64,000 nt of DNA from an uncultured candidate division Zixibacteria bacterium (GCA_963806185.1 CAWDXE010000001.1:352001-416000); one strand, 5' to 3'. Shown: positions 30,934 through 41,140, numbered from the stretch's first letter. Notes: generated from the sequence alone by a model not told the origin. Numbers and translations are program-made.

Positions 30934-31794
30934 ATGACTCATCTCGTTTTGGGCGGCACCGGCACGGTCGGTGGCGCCGTTGTGCGAAAACTTCTGGCGG
31001 CGGGCCATTCGGTCAAGGTACTCACTCGTTCGACGGAAAAAGCCGCGTCATTGCCGAAAGGAGCGCAGGCAGTGGTCGGCGATCTCACCAACCCGGCGAC
31101 TTACCCGGGTGTATTCAGAGACTTCGATACCCTGTTCTTGCTCATCGCTAATTCCATCACGGAATTGCACGAAGGTTTGGCGGCGGTCAACGAATCCAAA
31201 CGGGCGGGCGTGAAACGCATCGTTTACTTGTCAGTCCATCGGGCTGAATCGGGCCCGGCAATCCCCCATTTCGGCGGGAAGGTGGCAATCGAAGAAGCGA
31301 TCAAGAAATCCGGCGTCCCCTACACGATTATTCGTCCAAACAACTTCTACCAGAATGATTTCTGGTTCAAAGACGTCATTCTCCAGTACGGCGTCTATCC
31401 GCAACCGCTCGGCGACGTCGGTGTTTCGAGAGTCGATGTCGACGATGTAGCCGAGGCCTCCTTCAACGCGCTCACCAAACCGGGACACGAAGGGCAGTCG
31501 TATTCGCTGGTCGGGCCGGATGCACTGACGGGCCCGGCAGTTGCCAGAATGTACTCCGAGGAGCTCGGGCGCGAAATCAAGTACGGCGGCAACGATCTCG
31601 ACGCCTGGACAAAGGTGAACATCGCCTACCTTCCCCACTGGATGGTTTGGGATTTCGCCCTAATGTACAAGCTATTCCAAGAGGAGGGGCTGAAAGCGAG
31701 TCCGTCCGATTTGATGCAGACTGAGCGGGCTGTTGGTCGTCCACCAAAGCGCTTTGCTGACTTTGTCAAAGCCACGGTTTCGGCCTGGAAGTAG
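30934..31794 (+). CDS. NmrA/NAD(P)H-binding Rossmann protein
   Basis: LVLGGTGTVG, IVYLS, H--K---E, IIRPNNFYQN; SD GGAGG. Confidence 0.85.
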   Translation: MTHLVLGGTGTVGGAVVRKLLAAGHSVKVLTRSTEKAASLPKGAQAVVGDLTNPATYPGVFRDFDTLFLLIANSITELHEGLAAVNESKRAGVKRIVYLSVHRAESGPAIPHFGGKVAIEEAIKKSGVPYTIIRPNNFYQNDFWFKDVILQYGVYPQPLGDVGVSRVDVDDVAEASFNALTKPGHEGQSYSLVGPDALTGPAVARMYSEELGREIKYGGNDLDAWTKVNIAYLPHWMVWDFALMYKLFQEEGLKASPSDLMQTERAVGRPPKRFADFVKATVSAWK

Positions 31795-32076
31795 ACGGCC
31801 TATTCGGACAACGATCGGGATAATCAGAAGAAGAGTCAGGTGCAACCTGGCTCTTCTTCATTTCCGCGCGGGTTTAGTTGCACTCGGTGGGATGTGTCTT
31901 GCTACTACTCGGCGAACGTGTCCGGGGTAAGGCGGCCGGACGTCGCGAATTTCAAACCTGTTGTGTTATAACACACTAAGCCGATCTCCGGGGCGTTCTT
32001 TTTTGTTCCCTTCAGTTCCTCGGACCTCTATATTGGCACCAGAACTAACCACTTCTTGGCGGGTATGTCAGTTGAA

Positions 32077-33561
32077 ATGAAGATCACACAATTGGTTGTC
32101 AGGGCTATCGGGGCGAGTTTCGTAATCGCAGCCGTTATCATTTCGTGTGGCGACGAGAAAGCGGTCACCGCACGTTACGAACTTGAGAAGGCTTATTTCG
32201 ACGCTGAGAAGCTCGCGGGCAAGACCAACATCAAACCCGAGCTCGTGGACAAGGCGATGATCGAGCAGACTCAGGCTGCTTTTGGCAACGTAGCCCGAAA
32301 CGGTTTTGCCGCGCTTGCCACCGTTGATTCCGCGACAAAATCCAAGGAGTTCTTCGAAGTAGCTGACCTGACCTTTCGCGGCACCAGTCGCTACGCTCAG
32401 TACCTGTTCGCCCAGGCGCAATTCGACTCGGTCAGTTACTGGCTCTCTCGATTGATTGCCGAAGTGCCGCTTTCCCGGGACCAGGCGATGACGACCTGGT
32501 ATAATCTCGGGCAGGCTCATCAGTACGCCGGCCGGGGTGATTCGGCACTCACCAAGTACACCTATGCCGTCGAAACATTCTATCCGCCGATCGACGCCGA
32601 CAGACAGGTGAACTACGACATTCTCAATCTTCCCATGCAGATCCACGGCTTGCTGCTGCAGGCGGAAGATACCGTGCGAGCGCGCCAATGGGAGGGGACC
32701 GCCGACAAGTATTACGGCCGGATAACGACTGACTATCCCAATACGGAAATTGCACTCGCAGCTCAGGCCAATCTCGCCTCCGTTTATGATGCCTCCGGGA
32801 ACTACACCCAGGCCATCGTAGCTCTCGCCAAAGTGATCGACTCCACCGGCCAGGTCGCTGTACCGGCCAGGCTGAAGATCGGCGATATCTACGCCTCAGA
32901 ACTCGGCCAATCAGATCGCGCCATGCGTGAGTATGTGGAGACCGAGGCGCAATTGAAAGGCGGGGATACACTCTATCGACCGGTCATTCTTTTGAAACGC
33001 TCGATCATCCATCTTATGGATAAGGAGTACGCGGAGGCCCGTGAATTGCTGGTCACTCTGAAAGCAAAATATCCGAGTTACTTTGGCTCCAATCCGATCG
33101 CTCAATACAACATGGCCCAGACGTTTGATCTGGAAGGAAACTGGGAACGCGCCGAAACAGAGTACAAGTTTCTCATCACCAATTATGCGGGTTCCAATGA
33201 AGCCTTTGGCGCCTACCTCTATTTGATTGACAGCTACAAAAAGAAGGGGCGGACGACCGAAGCGGAGCAGTGGTTTGGCAAGGCGGAACGGGATTTTGCG
33301 CAACTGGCCACCTCGAAAGCCGGAACACCCCAGGAAGGGCTGGCCTTGGTCTTTACGGCCGAATTGTACCGACAGAAAGAAGATTGGCCCCGGGCAGCGG
33401 CGATGCTCATGCAGGTGTACGACAAGTTTCCCGCCACCGATCCCGGGCGGCGCGCCTTGGTGTCGGCAGCGGTCATTTATCGTGAAAAACTGAATAACCC
33501 GGCCAAGGCCGACTCCCTGATCGAGGTTCTGAAGCAGGCAGCCTTGACGGCGGCCTCATAA
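32077..33561 (+). CDS. TPR-repeat protein, probable lipoprotein
   Basis: Lipobox-like IISC; repeated TPR helices ending YP/FP; start may be 32056-32077. Confidence 0.75.
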   Translation: MKITQLVVRAIGASFVIAAVIISCGDEKAVTARYELEKAYFDAEKLAGKTNIKPELVDKAMIEQTQAAFGNVARNGFAALATVDSATKSKEFFEVADLTFRGTSRYAQYLFAQAQFDSVSYWLSRLIAEVPLSRDQAMTTWYNLGQAHQYAGRGDSALTKYTYAVETFYPPIDADRQVNYDILNLPMQIHGLLLQAEDTVRARQWEGTADKYYGRITTDYPNTEIALAAQANLASVYDASGNYTQAIVALAKVIDSTGQVAVPARLKIGDIYASELGQSDRAMREYVETEAQLKGGDTLYRPVILLKRSIIHLMDKEYAEARELLVTLKAKYPSYFGSNPIAQYNMAQTFDLEGNWERAETEYKFLITNYAGSNEAFGAYLYLIDSYKKKGRTTEAEQWFGKAERDFAQLATSKAGTPQEGLALVFTAELYRQKEDWPRAAAMLMQVYDKFPATDPGRRALVSAAVIYREKLNNPAKADSLIEVLKQAALTAAS

Positions 33562-33626
33562 GCCCGGAAACCTGGCCGATATCCGGTGTACAAGAGATAG
33601 TTAATCTGAATCTGCCTGGAGGAGTA

Positions 33627-34205
33627 ATGAAATCTTTTGGTAAAGTATCTTGGACTCTCGTGACACTGCTGGTGGCAGTTGCTGCCATCACCGCTTCGGC
33701 ACAAACCGACCCTTTCGGAAAAACCGACACGGTTTATGCTGAGGTGGCCAAAATCAGTGAGAACACCTGGACGATTACGGTATCCTGCTCAAACGATGAG
33801 AACATCGTGGGGATGTCGATCCCGCTCAAAATGACCGCCGGCTTGAACCGAATCGTCGCCGATTCCGCCATATACACCGGCGGACGTGTGTCCCACTTCT
33901 CGTACCTCGGCTTTCGGCCCGATACCGCTATTCAGTGCGTCACTCTCGGAATGATCGCCAATCTCGCGCCGACTAACAAGACACTCGGGCCGGGCAGCGG
34001 CCGACTCGTTACCGTGTATGTGTCTTCCCTCGAAGAGAAACCGATCGAGAAACTGGAAGTCGATACTACCACCACCCATCCGAGCAATTCGTTGCTCGCG
34101 ATTGCCGATTCTCTGCAGGGTAATCCGCCCGACACAACGAGAATTATCGACATGGCCAAACGTCAAATCGTCCCGGCGTTTGTCATGCGGCGTTCCGGCA
34201 AGTAA
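33627..34205 (+). CDS. Secreted beta-sandwich protein, cohesin-like
   Basis: Signal peptide (ASA-Q); DP-G--DTV, ND--I-G-SIPL, LGPGSG-L-T-Y pattern; SD GGAGG. Confidence 0.55.
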   Translation: MKSFGKVSWTLVTLLVAVAAITASAQTDPFGKTDTVYAEVAKISENTWTITVSCSNDENIVGMSIPLKMTAGLNRIVADSAIYTGGRVSHFSYLGFRPDTAIQCVTLGMIANLAPTNKTLGPGSGRLVTVYVSSLEEKPIEKLEVDTTTTHPSNSLLAIADSLQGNPPDTTRIIDMAKRQIVPAFVMRRSGK

Positions 34206-34227
34206 CCGTCTCTGCGCCGATCAAGTC

Positions 34228-34260
34228 TGCCGCCGGCTCTTGCGAGTCGGCGGCTTTTTT
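34228..34260 (+). terminator. Intrinsic terminator
   Basis: gccgccggctc/gagtcggcggc followed by tttttt. Confidence 0.8.
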
Positions 34261-34311
34261 GTCGCCGCGCCACCCCTTGAATCTCCGACACAATTTGACT
34301 ATTTTGTCGCT

Positions 34312-35292
34312 ATGAGTGAATCGCTGGTCCATCCGGTCACGGGCAAGCCCCTCGACGTGACCGCCCTCAGCGCGCCCCTCGAAGCATTGCGCGACTGCAC
34401 CTGTTGCCCCCGCAACTGCCACGCCGATCGATTCGGCGACAAACTTGGTTTCTGCCAGAGCGGCACCGGGTTCTCCATCGGCTCAATCTGCGCTCATCGC
34501 GGTGAGGAACCGGTCATATCCGGCCAACATGGAATCTGCAACATCTTCTTCACCCGCTGCAACATGCAATGCCTGTACTGCCAGAATTTTCAGATCAGCC
34601 GACGCCAGGGGATGATTGAAGAGAAGAAGTCCACCCTGCCCGAAATCATCGGGCAAATCGAGAGCGTCCTCGCTGGCGGCTCTCACGCGGTCGGTTTCGT
34701 CTCCCCTTCGCATTTTATTCCGCAGGTACAGGTGATTATCAATACCCTGTCCGCCCGGGATCGCAAACCTACCTACGTCTTCAACACCAGTTCGTATGAC
34801 AAAATAGAGACGATCAAAGCTCTTGAAGGCACGATCGACGTTTGGCTCCCCGATCTCAAATATATGGATGAGAAGATGGGACGGGCTTACTCGGACACGC
34901 CCGATTACCCGGCAATTGCCTGTGCCGCCATCAAGGAGATGTTTTACCAGAAGGGATCCAATATCTGGCTGGACGACAACGACTGCATAACGTCAGGCCT
35001 GATTATCCGTCATCTTGTTCTGCCCGGCCGGGTGGAGAACAGCAAGAAAGTGCTCCAGTGGATCGCCGACGAACTGTCTCCGTCCGTGCACGTCTCCCTC
35101 ATGTCGCAGTACCACCCGACCGCACCAGTGGCCAACCATCCCCGACTCGGCCGCACGCTCATGGTGGACGAATACCACGAAGTGCTGGAGGAATTCGACC
35201 GCCTCGGTTTCCACCGCGGCTGGGTCCAGGAACTCGATAGTCCCACCAGTTACCGACCCGATTTTAAATTCGACCATCCGTTCGAACGATAA
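34312..35292 (+). CDS. PflX-like radical SAM protein
   Basis: CxxCPRxC, H-GEEP-ISG, CNMQCLYCQN, PDLKY, IRHLVLPG, MSQY-P. Confidence 0.9.
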   Translation: MSESLVHPVTGKPLDVTALSAPLEALRDCTCCPRNCHADRFGDKLGFCQSGTGFSIGSICAHRGEEPVISGQHGICNIFFTRCNMQCLYCQNFQISRRQGMIEEKKSTLPEIIGQIESVLAGGSHAVGFVSPSHFIPQVQVIINTLSARDRKPTYVFNTSSYDKIETIKALEGTIDVWLPDLKYMDEKMGRAYSDTPDYPAIACAAIKEMFYQKGSNIWLDDNDCITSGLIIRHLVLPGRVENSKKVLQWIADELSPSVHVSLMSQYHPTAPVANHPRLGRTLMVDEYHEVLEEFDRLGFHRGWVQELDSPTSYRPDFKFDHPFER

Positions 35293-35301
35293 CAGCCCAA
35301 A

Positions 35302-35335
35302 ACAAAAAAGAGGGCCGCTGACGCAGCCCTCTTTA
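35302..35335. terminator. Bidirectional terminator
   Basis: aaagagggc-gc/gc-gccctcttt between convergent genes. Confidence 0.7.
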
Positions 35336-35353
35336 GCATTGGTTACTCGCTGA

Positions 35354-35998
35354 TTACTTGCGAATCTTGCGCACAATGCCCGTGCCGACCAACCCAAGTC
35401 CCATCAGGAGCATGGTGGCCGGTTCCGGTACGCCGCCGGGCGGCGTGACGCCGGTGGCGTTACCCGACATGTTGTCTGCGGTCCAGTAATTGCCGGTATC
35501 GTGCATGAGAACATACGCGATGTTATTTGACCCCGACGAAACCGTTAAATAACTCAAACCGACATTATTACCCTGAGAATACAGGTTTGATCCGCCGACA
35601 ACCTGATCAATCAAATTGTCGTTGACGTCGTACGCTTCGAGATAGAACGACGAGGACGACGAGTAGCCGGTGGTGAAGAAGCCGCCGTCTTTGTTGATAA
35701 AGTCAATGCGGCCGCTACCCTGCGTGGTACCCAGGAAGGTCGAGACGTTGCCGCTGATCCAGTAACTTCCGGACCCGGTACCATTATCACTGCGGGCATT
35801 GTAGTTCCCCGTGGTGATATCAGCGTAAATCCAGTCGTAGCCGTCAGTGGTTGTAAAATTCAACCCGGTGATATCATTGGCTACCGCCTGTCCGTCTTTC
35901 CCCAGGCCATTCTCGAAGTTTACGTTCCAGGCGAAGCTCGAGCCGGCCAGGACGAAAACGACGAATAGCGATAAGAACACTTTTCCGACCCTTACCAT
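35354..35998 (-). CDS. PEP-CTERM sorting-signal protein
   Basis: Signal peptide; Ser/Gly/Asn-rich body; C-terminal VPEPATMLLMGLGLVG...RKIRK; SD GGAGGAG. Confidence 0.92.
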   Translation of the reverse strand: MVRVGKVFLSLFVVFVLAGSSFAWNVNFENGLGKDGQAVANDITGLNFTTTDGYDWIYADITTGNYNARSDNGTGSGSYWISGNVSTFLGTTQGSGRIDFINKDGGFFTTGYSSSSSFYLEAYDVNDNLIDQVVGGSNLYSQGNNVGLSYLTVSSGSNNIAYVLMHDTGNYWTADNMSGNATGVTPPGGVPEPATMLLMGLGLVGTGIVRKIRK

Positions 35999-36070
35999 TG
36001 CTACTCCTCCGATACGATTGTTGAGTGTGTGAGAACCGAGTTCTGCTTTGTAAACCAACGATAAATAGCG

Positions 36071-36086
36071 AGCAATTTTGGTGCCG
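36071..36086 (-). promoter_or_regulatory. Sigma54 (-24/-12) promoter of the PEP-CTERM gene
   Basis: cGGCAC-caaaa-TTGCT matches TGGCAC-N5-TTGC. Confidence 0.75.
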
Positions 36087-36182
36087 TGTGAGCGGGCGTT
36101 GGCGCACAAGAGGATATGAGAGGTCCGGGTAGTCTATATTGCAGAAGTACCGCAACTCATTGCAGTAATCGTGAGCAAAAGG

Positions 36183-36794
36183 TTACGAACTTCGACCGCG
36201 ACGCGTGGCCCGCGCCGGGCGAAGGTGTGACGCGACGTGTGGGGGTCTGGATGTTCGATGCTGTGCGACCGTCAGCTCACCGGGAGTGGCCGTCCGCCGC
36301 GGCTTGCGTACGACCCGGCTCTGATGCCCCGGTTTGGAATTGAGTTCGAGGTAGTTGGCGATACATATGTCCCAATCCAGAAACCGCATGACGCTTGCGA
36401 CTTCGCGTGCGACAACGGCGGCTTTGCGGAGTTGGCTGATTTCGTCGCCCAGTGTCTCCGAGTTCAGCCAAACCGGCTTGCCGGTCTGCTGGCAAGCAGA
36501 AGCGATTATGTACCGCTCGATATATCGCGCTCGTTCGTAGGCCTCGGCTGATCGTATCAACCGGACCGCTCGGTCGATGACATGGATGAGCGATAGCCGG
36601 TAATTCAGTGAAACCCTGAACGTGACCAGATACTGATCCCCCCCAAGCGCCTGCACGTTTTCCTCGCGGATATGCCGGAACACGTCGCGAGCCAGGTGCA
36701 GTGCTTCCGCGGGGGAATCGGCTTCCAGGAATATTCGTCCGCGATTGTTGACGAATTCCATTACCGCTTCTGCATAAGTAAATTTATAGATCAT
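36183..36794 (-). CDS. Hypothetical protein
   Basis: 203-aa ORF; no recognisable family; last ~40 aa are low-complexity and may be spurious. Confidence 0.5.
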   Translation of the reverse strand: MIYKFTYAEAVMEFVNNRGRIFLEADSPAEALHLARDVFRHIREENVQALGGDQYLVTFRVSLNYRLSLIHVIDRAVRLIRSAEAYERARYIERYIIASACQQTGKPVWLNSETLGDEISQLRKAAVVAREVASVMRFLDWDICIANYLELNSKPGHQSRVVRKPRRTATPGELTVAQHRTSRPPHVASHLRPARATRRGRSS

Positions 36795-36902
36795 CCCTAT
36801 TCTATTACGTCGGCCAAAAAGGCCACGGGATTGAGGTCAAATTTGCCCGGATCCTATTGGAATTGATATGGTTAGAAAACGACAGGCGGGCGCCGGGAAA
36901 AC

Positions 36903-37457
36903 TCAGGCCAGTTCGACTTCGTGAAGCCGCTTGTAAATCGGACCCTGAGGAGTCAGCGTTGATTGAAATAGCACCAGACGATCGAGTCTGAACTGCTTCT
37001 TTTCAAGCGCGTACGCTTGAATGGCGCGAGGCAAATCATCTAGCTTGTGGTCGTCTTTCACGCGCCCGAGCGTCAAATGAGCCTTAAACGACTTTTCTTC
37101 CGGTTCATACCCGAAGTCTCTGGCCAGTTGCTCGGTCGACCTCGCCAACCCATTGAGATGCCCGGTTGTCTCGCGCAGGCCCACCCAGATGACGCGCGGA
37201 CGATTCACATTGGGAAATGCCCCCAGTTGGCTCAGCTCACCTTCGATCGGGCCACCGGCCCGGCCGATAGTGTCCAGACCATTGCTTATCCGGACAACCT
37301 GTTCAGAATCAGTTTCCCCAAGGAACCGAAGCGTGAGATGAATGAGTCGCGCCTCCACCCATTTTACACCGTCGTCGCGTCGAGCCAGATCCCCGGCGAT
37401 CCTTCCCATATACTTCTCGATATCCTGGGGCAAGGGGAGAGCAATGAAAAGGCGCAT
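36903..37457 (-). CDS. thpR: RNA 2',3'-cyclic phosphodiesterase
   Basis: MRLFIA start, two HxT motifs (HLTL-FLG, HLTLGR), S-LTP-GP-Y; TGATG overlap with cinA. Confidence 0.92.
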   Translation of the reverse strand: MRLFIALPLPQDIEKYMGRIAGDLARRDDGVKWVEARLIHLTLRFLGETDSEQVVRISNGLDTIGRAGGPIEGELSQLGAFPNVNRPRVIWVGLRETTGHLNGLARSTEQLARDFGYEPEEKSFKAHLTLGRVKDDHKLDDLPRAIQAYALEKKQFRLDRLVLFQSTLTPQGPIYKRLHEVELA

Positions 37458-38698
37458 CAGACGATATCCAGGATTTCGCGCCGAAGCAGTTCGAGCGCCG
37501 AATAAACCGCCCGCGACCGATTGACGAGTCGGTCGCGACCGTACATAAACTTTCCGGCATAGGATCGATTGGCCGTGGCAACACCAACAAAAGTCGTGCC
37601 CACCGGTCGGCTCTCCGTGCCCCCGTCGGGGCCGGCAATTCCGGTGACCGACAGCGCATAGTCGGTTCGCAGAAGTTTTCGCACCCCCTCTGCCATGGCT
37701 ATCGCGCACGCCTCGGACACCGCTCCGTGAGTATTAATGATTTCCGGCGTAACCGAGAGTTGGTGAATCTTGACCTCATTGGCATACGCTTGTACGCCGC
37801 CGACGAAATAGGTCGACGAGCCCGCCACTGATGTTATCGTCATACCCAATTGCCCGCCCGTGCAGGATTCCGCGACACTGAGCGACTTGTTGTTATCCGC
37901 CAGCAGATGTCCGATCACATCCTCAAGCGTATCGTCATCGTACCCGTAAATATACTTCCCCGCCCGCTTCTCGATATGTTGAGCCACTGCCCGCGCCTTG
38001 TTAGATGTCTCGTCGTCGTTTTCTCCGTAGGCCATGATCCGCAAGTCGACGCCGCTATACCCCGGCAGGTAGGCCAATCGCACGCCTGGCTCCAGACTCA
38101 GTCCCGGCACGATCAACTCGGCCAGGGCTGACTCGATTATCTGAGTAGTTCGCAGCTTTCTCACGGCCAGAGAAATTCGCTGCGTGTTAGCTTTGAGATA
38201 TGGCACGACCTCGTCGACCAGTACTTGCTTCATTTCTCTCGGCACGCCCGGAAGGGAAACGAAGATGCGCCCCATCTCGTTGATGCAGATGCCCACGGCC
38301 GACCCGTGCTTGTTGGCGAAAAACAGCGCCCCCTGGGGCAGAAGCGCCTGATTCTGATTGATGGCCGGCATCTGCAGGCCTCGCGCTTCATAGCGCTGCT
38401 TGATCTCGGCCAGAATGTCTTCGTGAAATACGAGATTGCGCTTGAACACTTTCACGATCGCCCGTTTGGTCAGGTCGTCGTCGGTCGGCCCAAGCCCTCC
38501 GGTGGTGATGACGACCGACGCTCGCTTCAGCGCCAGACGAAAGGTCTCTTCCATCGACTCGATATCATCGCCGACACTCGACTGCCAGCGAACTGACAAA
38601 CCCATTTCCGTCAGCATCTCGGCAATAAACGCAGCGTTCGTATCAACCGTATGTCCGGTCAGTACCTCGTCGCCGATCGTGATAATTTCAACATCCAT
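37457..38698 (-). CDS. cinA: Competence/damage-inducible protein CinA (COG1058 plus PncC NMN deamidase)
   Basis: IGDE-L-G--VDTN, GGLGPT-DD-T, LPGVP-EM, AESCTGG, TGIAGP-GG. Confidence 0.93.
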   Translation of the reverse strand: MDVEIITIGDEVLTGHTVDTNAAFIAEMLTEMGLSVRWQSSVGDDIESMEETFRLALKRASVVITTGGLGPTDDDLTKRAIVKVFKRNLVFHEDILAEIKQRYEARGLQMPAINQNQALLPQGALFFANKHGSAVGICINEMGRIFVSLPGVPREMKQVLVDEVVPYLKANTQRISLAVRKLRTTQIIESALAELIVPGLSLEPGVRLAYLPGYSGVDLRIMAYGENDDETSNKARAVAQHIEKRAGKYIYGYDDDTLEDVIGHLLADNNKSLSVAESCTGGQLGMTITSVAGSSTYFVGGVQAYANEVKIHQLSVTPEIINTHGAVSEACAIAMAEGVRKLLRTDYALSVTGIAGPDGGTESRPVGTTFVGVATANRSYAGKFMYGRDRLVNRSRAVYSALELLRREILDIV

Positions 38699-38715
38699 AC
38701 ACCGACCTCGGGCCT

Positions 38716-39171
38716 TTAGCGCCAATTCATTAGCAACAGGATGATCTGCACGACAATATTCGTCTGAATGCCCGCAGCCACGTCGTCCATCATCACACCC
38801 CAGCCACCGGGCAGACTCTCCAGTTTTCGGGCCGGCCACAGCTTGATTACGTCAAACACTCTAAAACCGACCAGCGCGATAAGATAATTGGTAATCGAGA
38901 GCGGCACAAAGAGTACTGAAATGAACATCCCCGCCCATTCGTCGATCACAATCTTCCGTGGATCGTGTCCCCAGAATCGCTCGCAGTACCCCGCCGCCCA
39001 CACCCCCGCTGCCATAGTGATGGCTAGAGCAATCCAGAGTGCCAACGGGCTGTGCCCCAACCAGAAATAGGCCAGCACCCAGGCCGGCAAGGTACCGATC
39101 GATCCGGGTACCAATGGGAAGTATCCCGACCAGGCACCCGTGGCAATGAACTTTGCGGCAGCGTCTTTCAC
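38716..39171 (-). CDS. pgpA: Phosphatidylglycerophosphatase A
   Basis: PG--GT, DP--IVIDE--G, FR-FD--K-WP, GG-GVM-DD--AG. Confidence 0.92.
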   Translation of the reverse strand: MKDAAAKFIATGAWSGYFPLVPGSIGTLPAWVLAYFWLGHSPLALWIALAITMAAGVWAAGYCERFWGHDPRKIVIDEWAGMFISVLFVPLSITNYLIALVGFRVFDVIKLWPARKLESLPGGWGVMMDDVAAGIQTNIVVQIILLLMNWR

Positions 39172-39178
39172 CAGGCTC

Positions 39179-39766
39179 TTACCTCAAAACTGAACGGATC
39201 ATGTAGAAGTACTTAATGCCGTAGTCTATTCCGGTCCACACGGTGACGACCGCCGCCAACCACATCAGCGAATTGAACCAGAAGAAATAGTCAAAGTGAG
39301 CCAGTTGCGGAACCACGATCTGGAAATGGGTCAGTGCACTCGTCAGGCTCACATAGGCCATCACCAGACTGACCACCGTCATCTGTAGAAACGTTTTTAC
39401 TTTCGCCGCCCAGGTCGGCGGAATAATCACACCCTTGTAAGCGGCCAACAGCCGAAGGCCGGTAATGGCGAATTCTCGGCCGACGATCAGAGCGACCGGC
39501 AGTGGCGACGTATATTTCAGGGAGATGAAGCAGATCAAGGCCGATGAAACCAGGATTTTGTCCGCCAGCGGATCCATAAATTTACCGAAGCCGGTAATAA
39601 TGCCGTATTTGCGCGCATAGTAGCCGTCGGCCAAATCGGTCAGCGATGCCACGATAAACAGAATCAGACCCACCAGCCGCATATAGAAATTGTCCAGCAA
39701 AAAGAAGAACATGAAGATAGGTGACAGGACAATGCGGATGAGCGTCAGGAGATTGGGCGTATTCAT
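39179..39766 (-). CDS. pgsA: CDP-diacylglycerol--glycerol-3-phosphate 3-phosphatidyltransferase
   Basis: PN-LT--RI, TD--DG--AR, GK--DP-ADK. Confidence 0.93.
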   Translation of the reverse strand: MNTPNLLTLIRIVLSPIFMFFFLLDNFYMRLVGLILFIVASLTDLADGYYARKYGIITGFGKFMDPLADKILVSSALICFISLKYTSPLPVALIVGREFAITGLRLLAAYKGVIIPPTWAAKVKTFLQMTVVSLVMAYVSLTSALTHFQIVVPQLAHFDYFFWFNSLMWLAAVVTVWTGIDYGIKYFYMIRSVLR

Positions 39767-39917
39767 GCGAGGGGAAGGTAGGAAGTTGCAGCGAAGGTGT
39801 CAACAACCACCGGCCTCCCCGTGGCCAATGTTGTTCTCGCGCTGGCTGAGCCGTGCCGTTCAGCGACACCACCCCTCCGCTGACCGGCGCACCACTCTTT
39901 GGTTACGTGGCCGAGGT

Positions 39918-40301
39918 CTAAACCGTGGCTATCATCTCGATCTCGATACGAACATCCTTGGGTAGCCGTGATACCTCGACGGTCGATCGCGCGGGCGGCG
40001 CCGCTTCGAAATAGGTGGCGTACATCTCGTTTACCACTGCGAAGTCCTTCATATCCGCCAGGAAAATCGTCGTCTTCACGACATCGGAGAAACTCGCTCC
40101 GCCCGCCGCGAGCAGCTGACTGATGTTGTCCATCACGCGCTGACATTGTTCACCGGCCGATTTACCGACGATCTCGCCGGTCCCGGGATCCAGGGGGATC
40201 TGGCCGGAGAGAAACAACAATGAACCACCGGTGATTTTGATTCCTTGTGAATATGGCCCGATCGCCTGGGGGGCCTTGTCGGTCTTGATGATCTCTCTCA
40301 C
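39918..40301 (-). CDS. ridA: RidA-family enamine/imine deaminase
   Basis: AP-AIGPYSQ, SGQIP-DP, VVKTT-FL, PARS-V-V--LP, EIE; SD GAGGAGG. Confidence 0.92.
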   Translation of the reverse strand: MREIIKTDKAPQAIGPYSQGIKITGGSLLFLSGQIPLDPGTGEIVGKSAGEQCQRVMDNISQLLAAGGASFSDVVKTTIFLADMKDFAVVNEMYATYFEAAPPARSTVEVSRLPKDVRIEIEMIATV

Positions 40302-40366
40302 GTGCACCTCCTCGGAATCCCGGTATATACACCGTTCTCAAGGCGGCGACAATCGAAAACTGATGG

Positions 40367-41140
40367 TCAGGGCAGAGCCGTCGTCCGCTCCGAACAGTTT
40401 AGGTGAATCACGCGTCGAAGAGTCGCGAGCAATTCCGTGTTCTTGAACGGCTTCTGGAAGTAGGCATCCGCACCGGCCGCAATCGCCTGTTCGGCCGCAA
40501 ACTTGCCTGAGAAACCGGTGATGAGAATGACCGGGATGTGATCGTGCGCCTTCTTGATTTCCACCATCAGGTCAAGCCCGCTCATGCCGGGCATCATGAT
40601 GTCTGATATCACACCGTGGACGGTGCTTGACTTCACGATATCCAGTGCCTGGTCCGAAGAGGCGGCGGTCCTGACGACAAAGCGTTCCGACTCCAGAATC
40701 GTCGTCATATATTTTCGAATAGTCTCTTCGTCATCCACTACCAGAACCACTCTTCGCCCATTGGCCAGCAGCCGGGTGACTTTGGCGACAAACATATCCT
40801 CAGCCATCGGCAAGGCGAAGATCGCGTCCGCTCCAAGTTCGAGACTCTGTCGCACCGTGAGGTGATCCCACTGCGTGCTTGTCATGGCCACCGGATACCA
40901 CTGAAACCGGGGGTTCTCTTTGACACTCTTCAGAAGTTGAAATCCACCCTCACGTGGTGTAAGGACATCGATGAGTATTAAGTGTATGGAACCGTCCGCC
41001 TCCAGAATACTCAAGGCATGGCGAGCGGAATCAGCGACGACGACCTCAAGATGGGCCGCAGCCAGCGGACCTTTGATCGTCGAGAGATTCTCGTTGCTGG
41101 ACTGAAGCACCAGCGCTTTTATAGATTCGAAATTTCGCAT
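40367..41140 (-). CDS. Tandem receiver-domain response regulator
   Basis: Degenerate first REC domain; canonical second REC (VDDE, SDIMMP-M-G, ITG, KPF). Confidence 0.85.
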   Translation of the reverse strand: MRNFESIKALVLQSSNENLSTIKGPLAAAHLEVVVADSARHALSILEADGSIHLILIDVLTPREGGFQLLKSVKENPRFQWYPVAMTSTQWDHLTVRQSLELGADAIFALPMAEDMFVAKVTRLLANGRRVVLVVDDEETIRKYMTTILESERFVVRTAASSDQALDIVKSSTVHGVISDIMMPGMSGLDLMVEIKKAHDHIPVILITGFSGKFAAEQAIAAGADAYFQKPFKNTELLATLRRVIHLNCSERTTALP

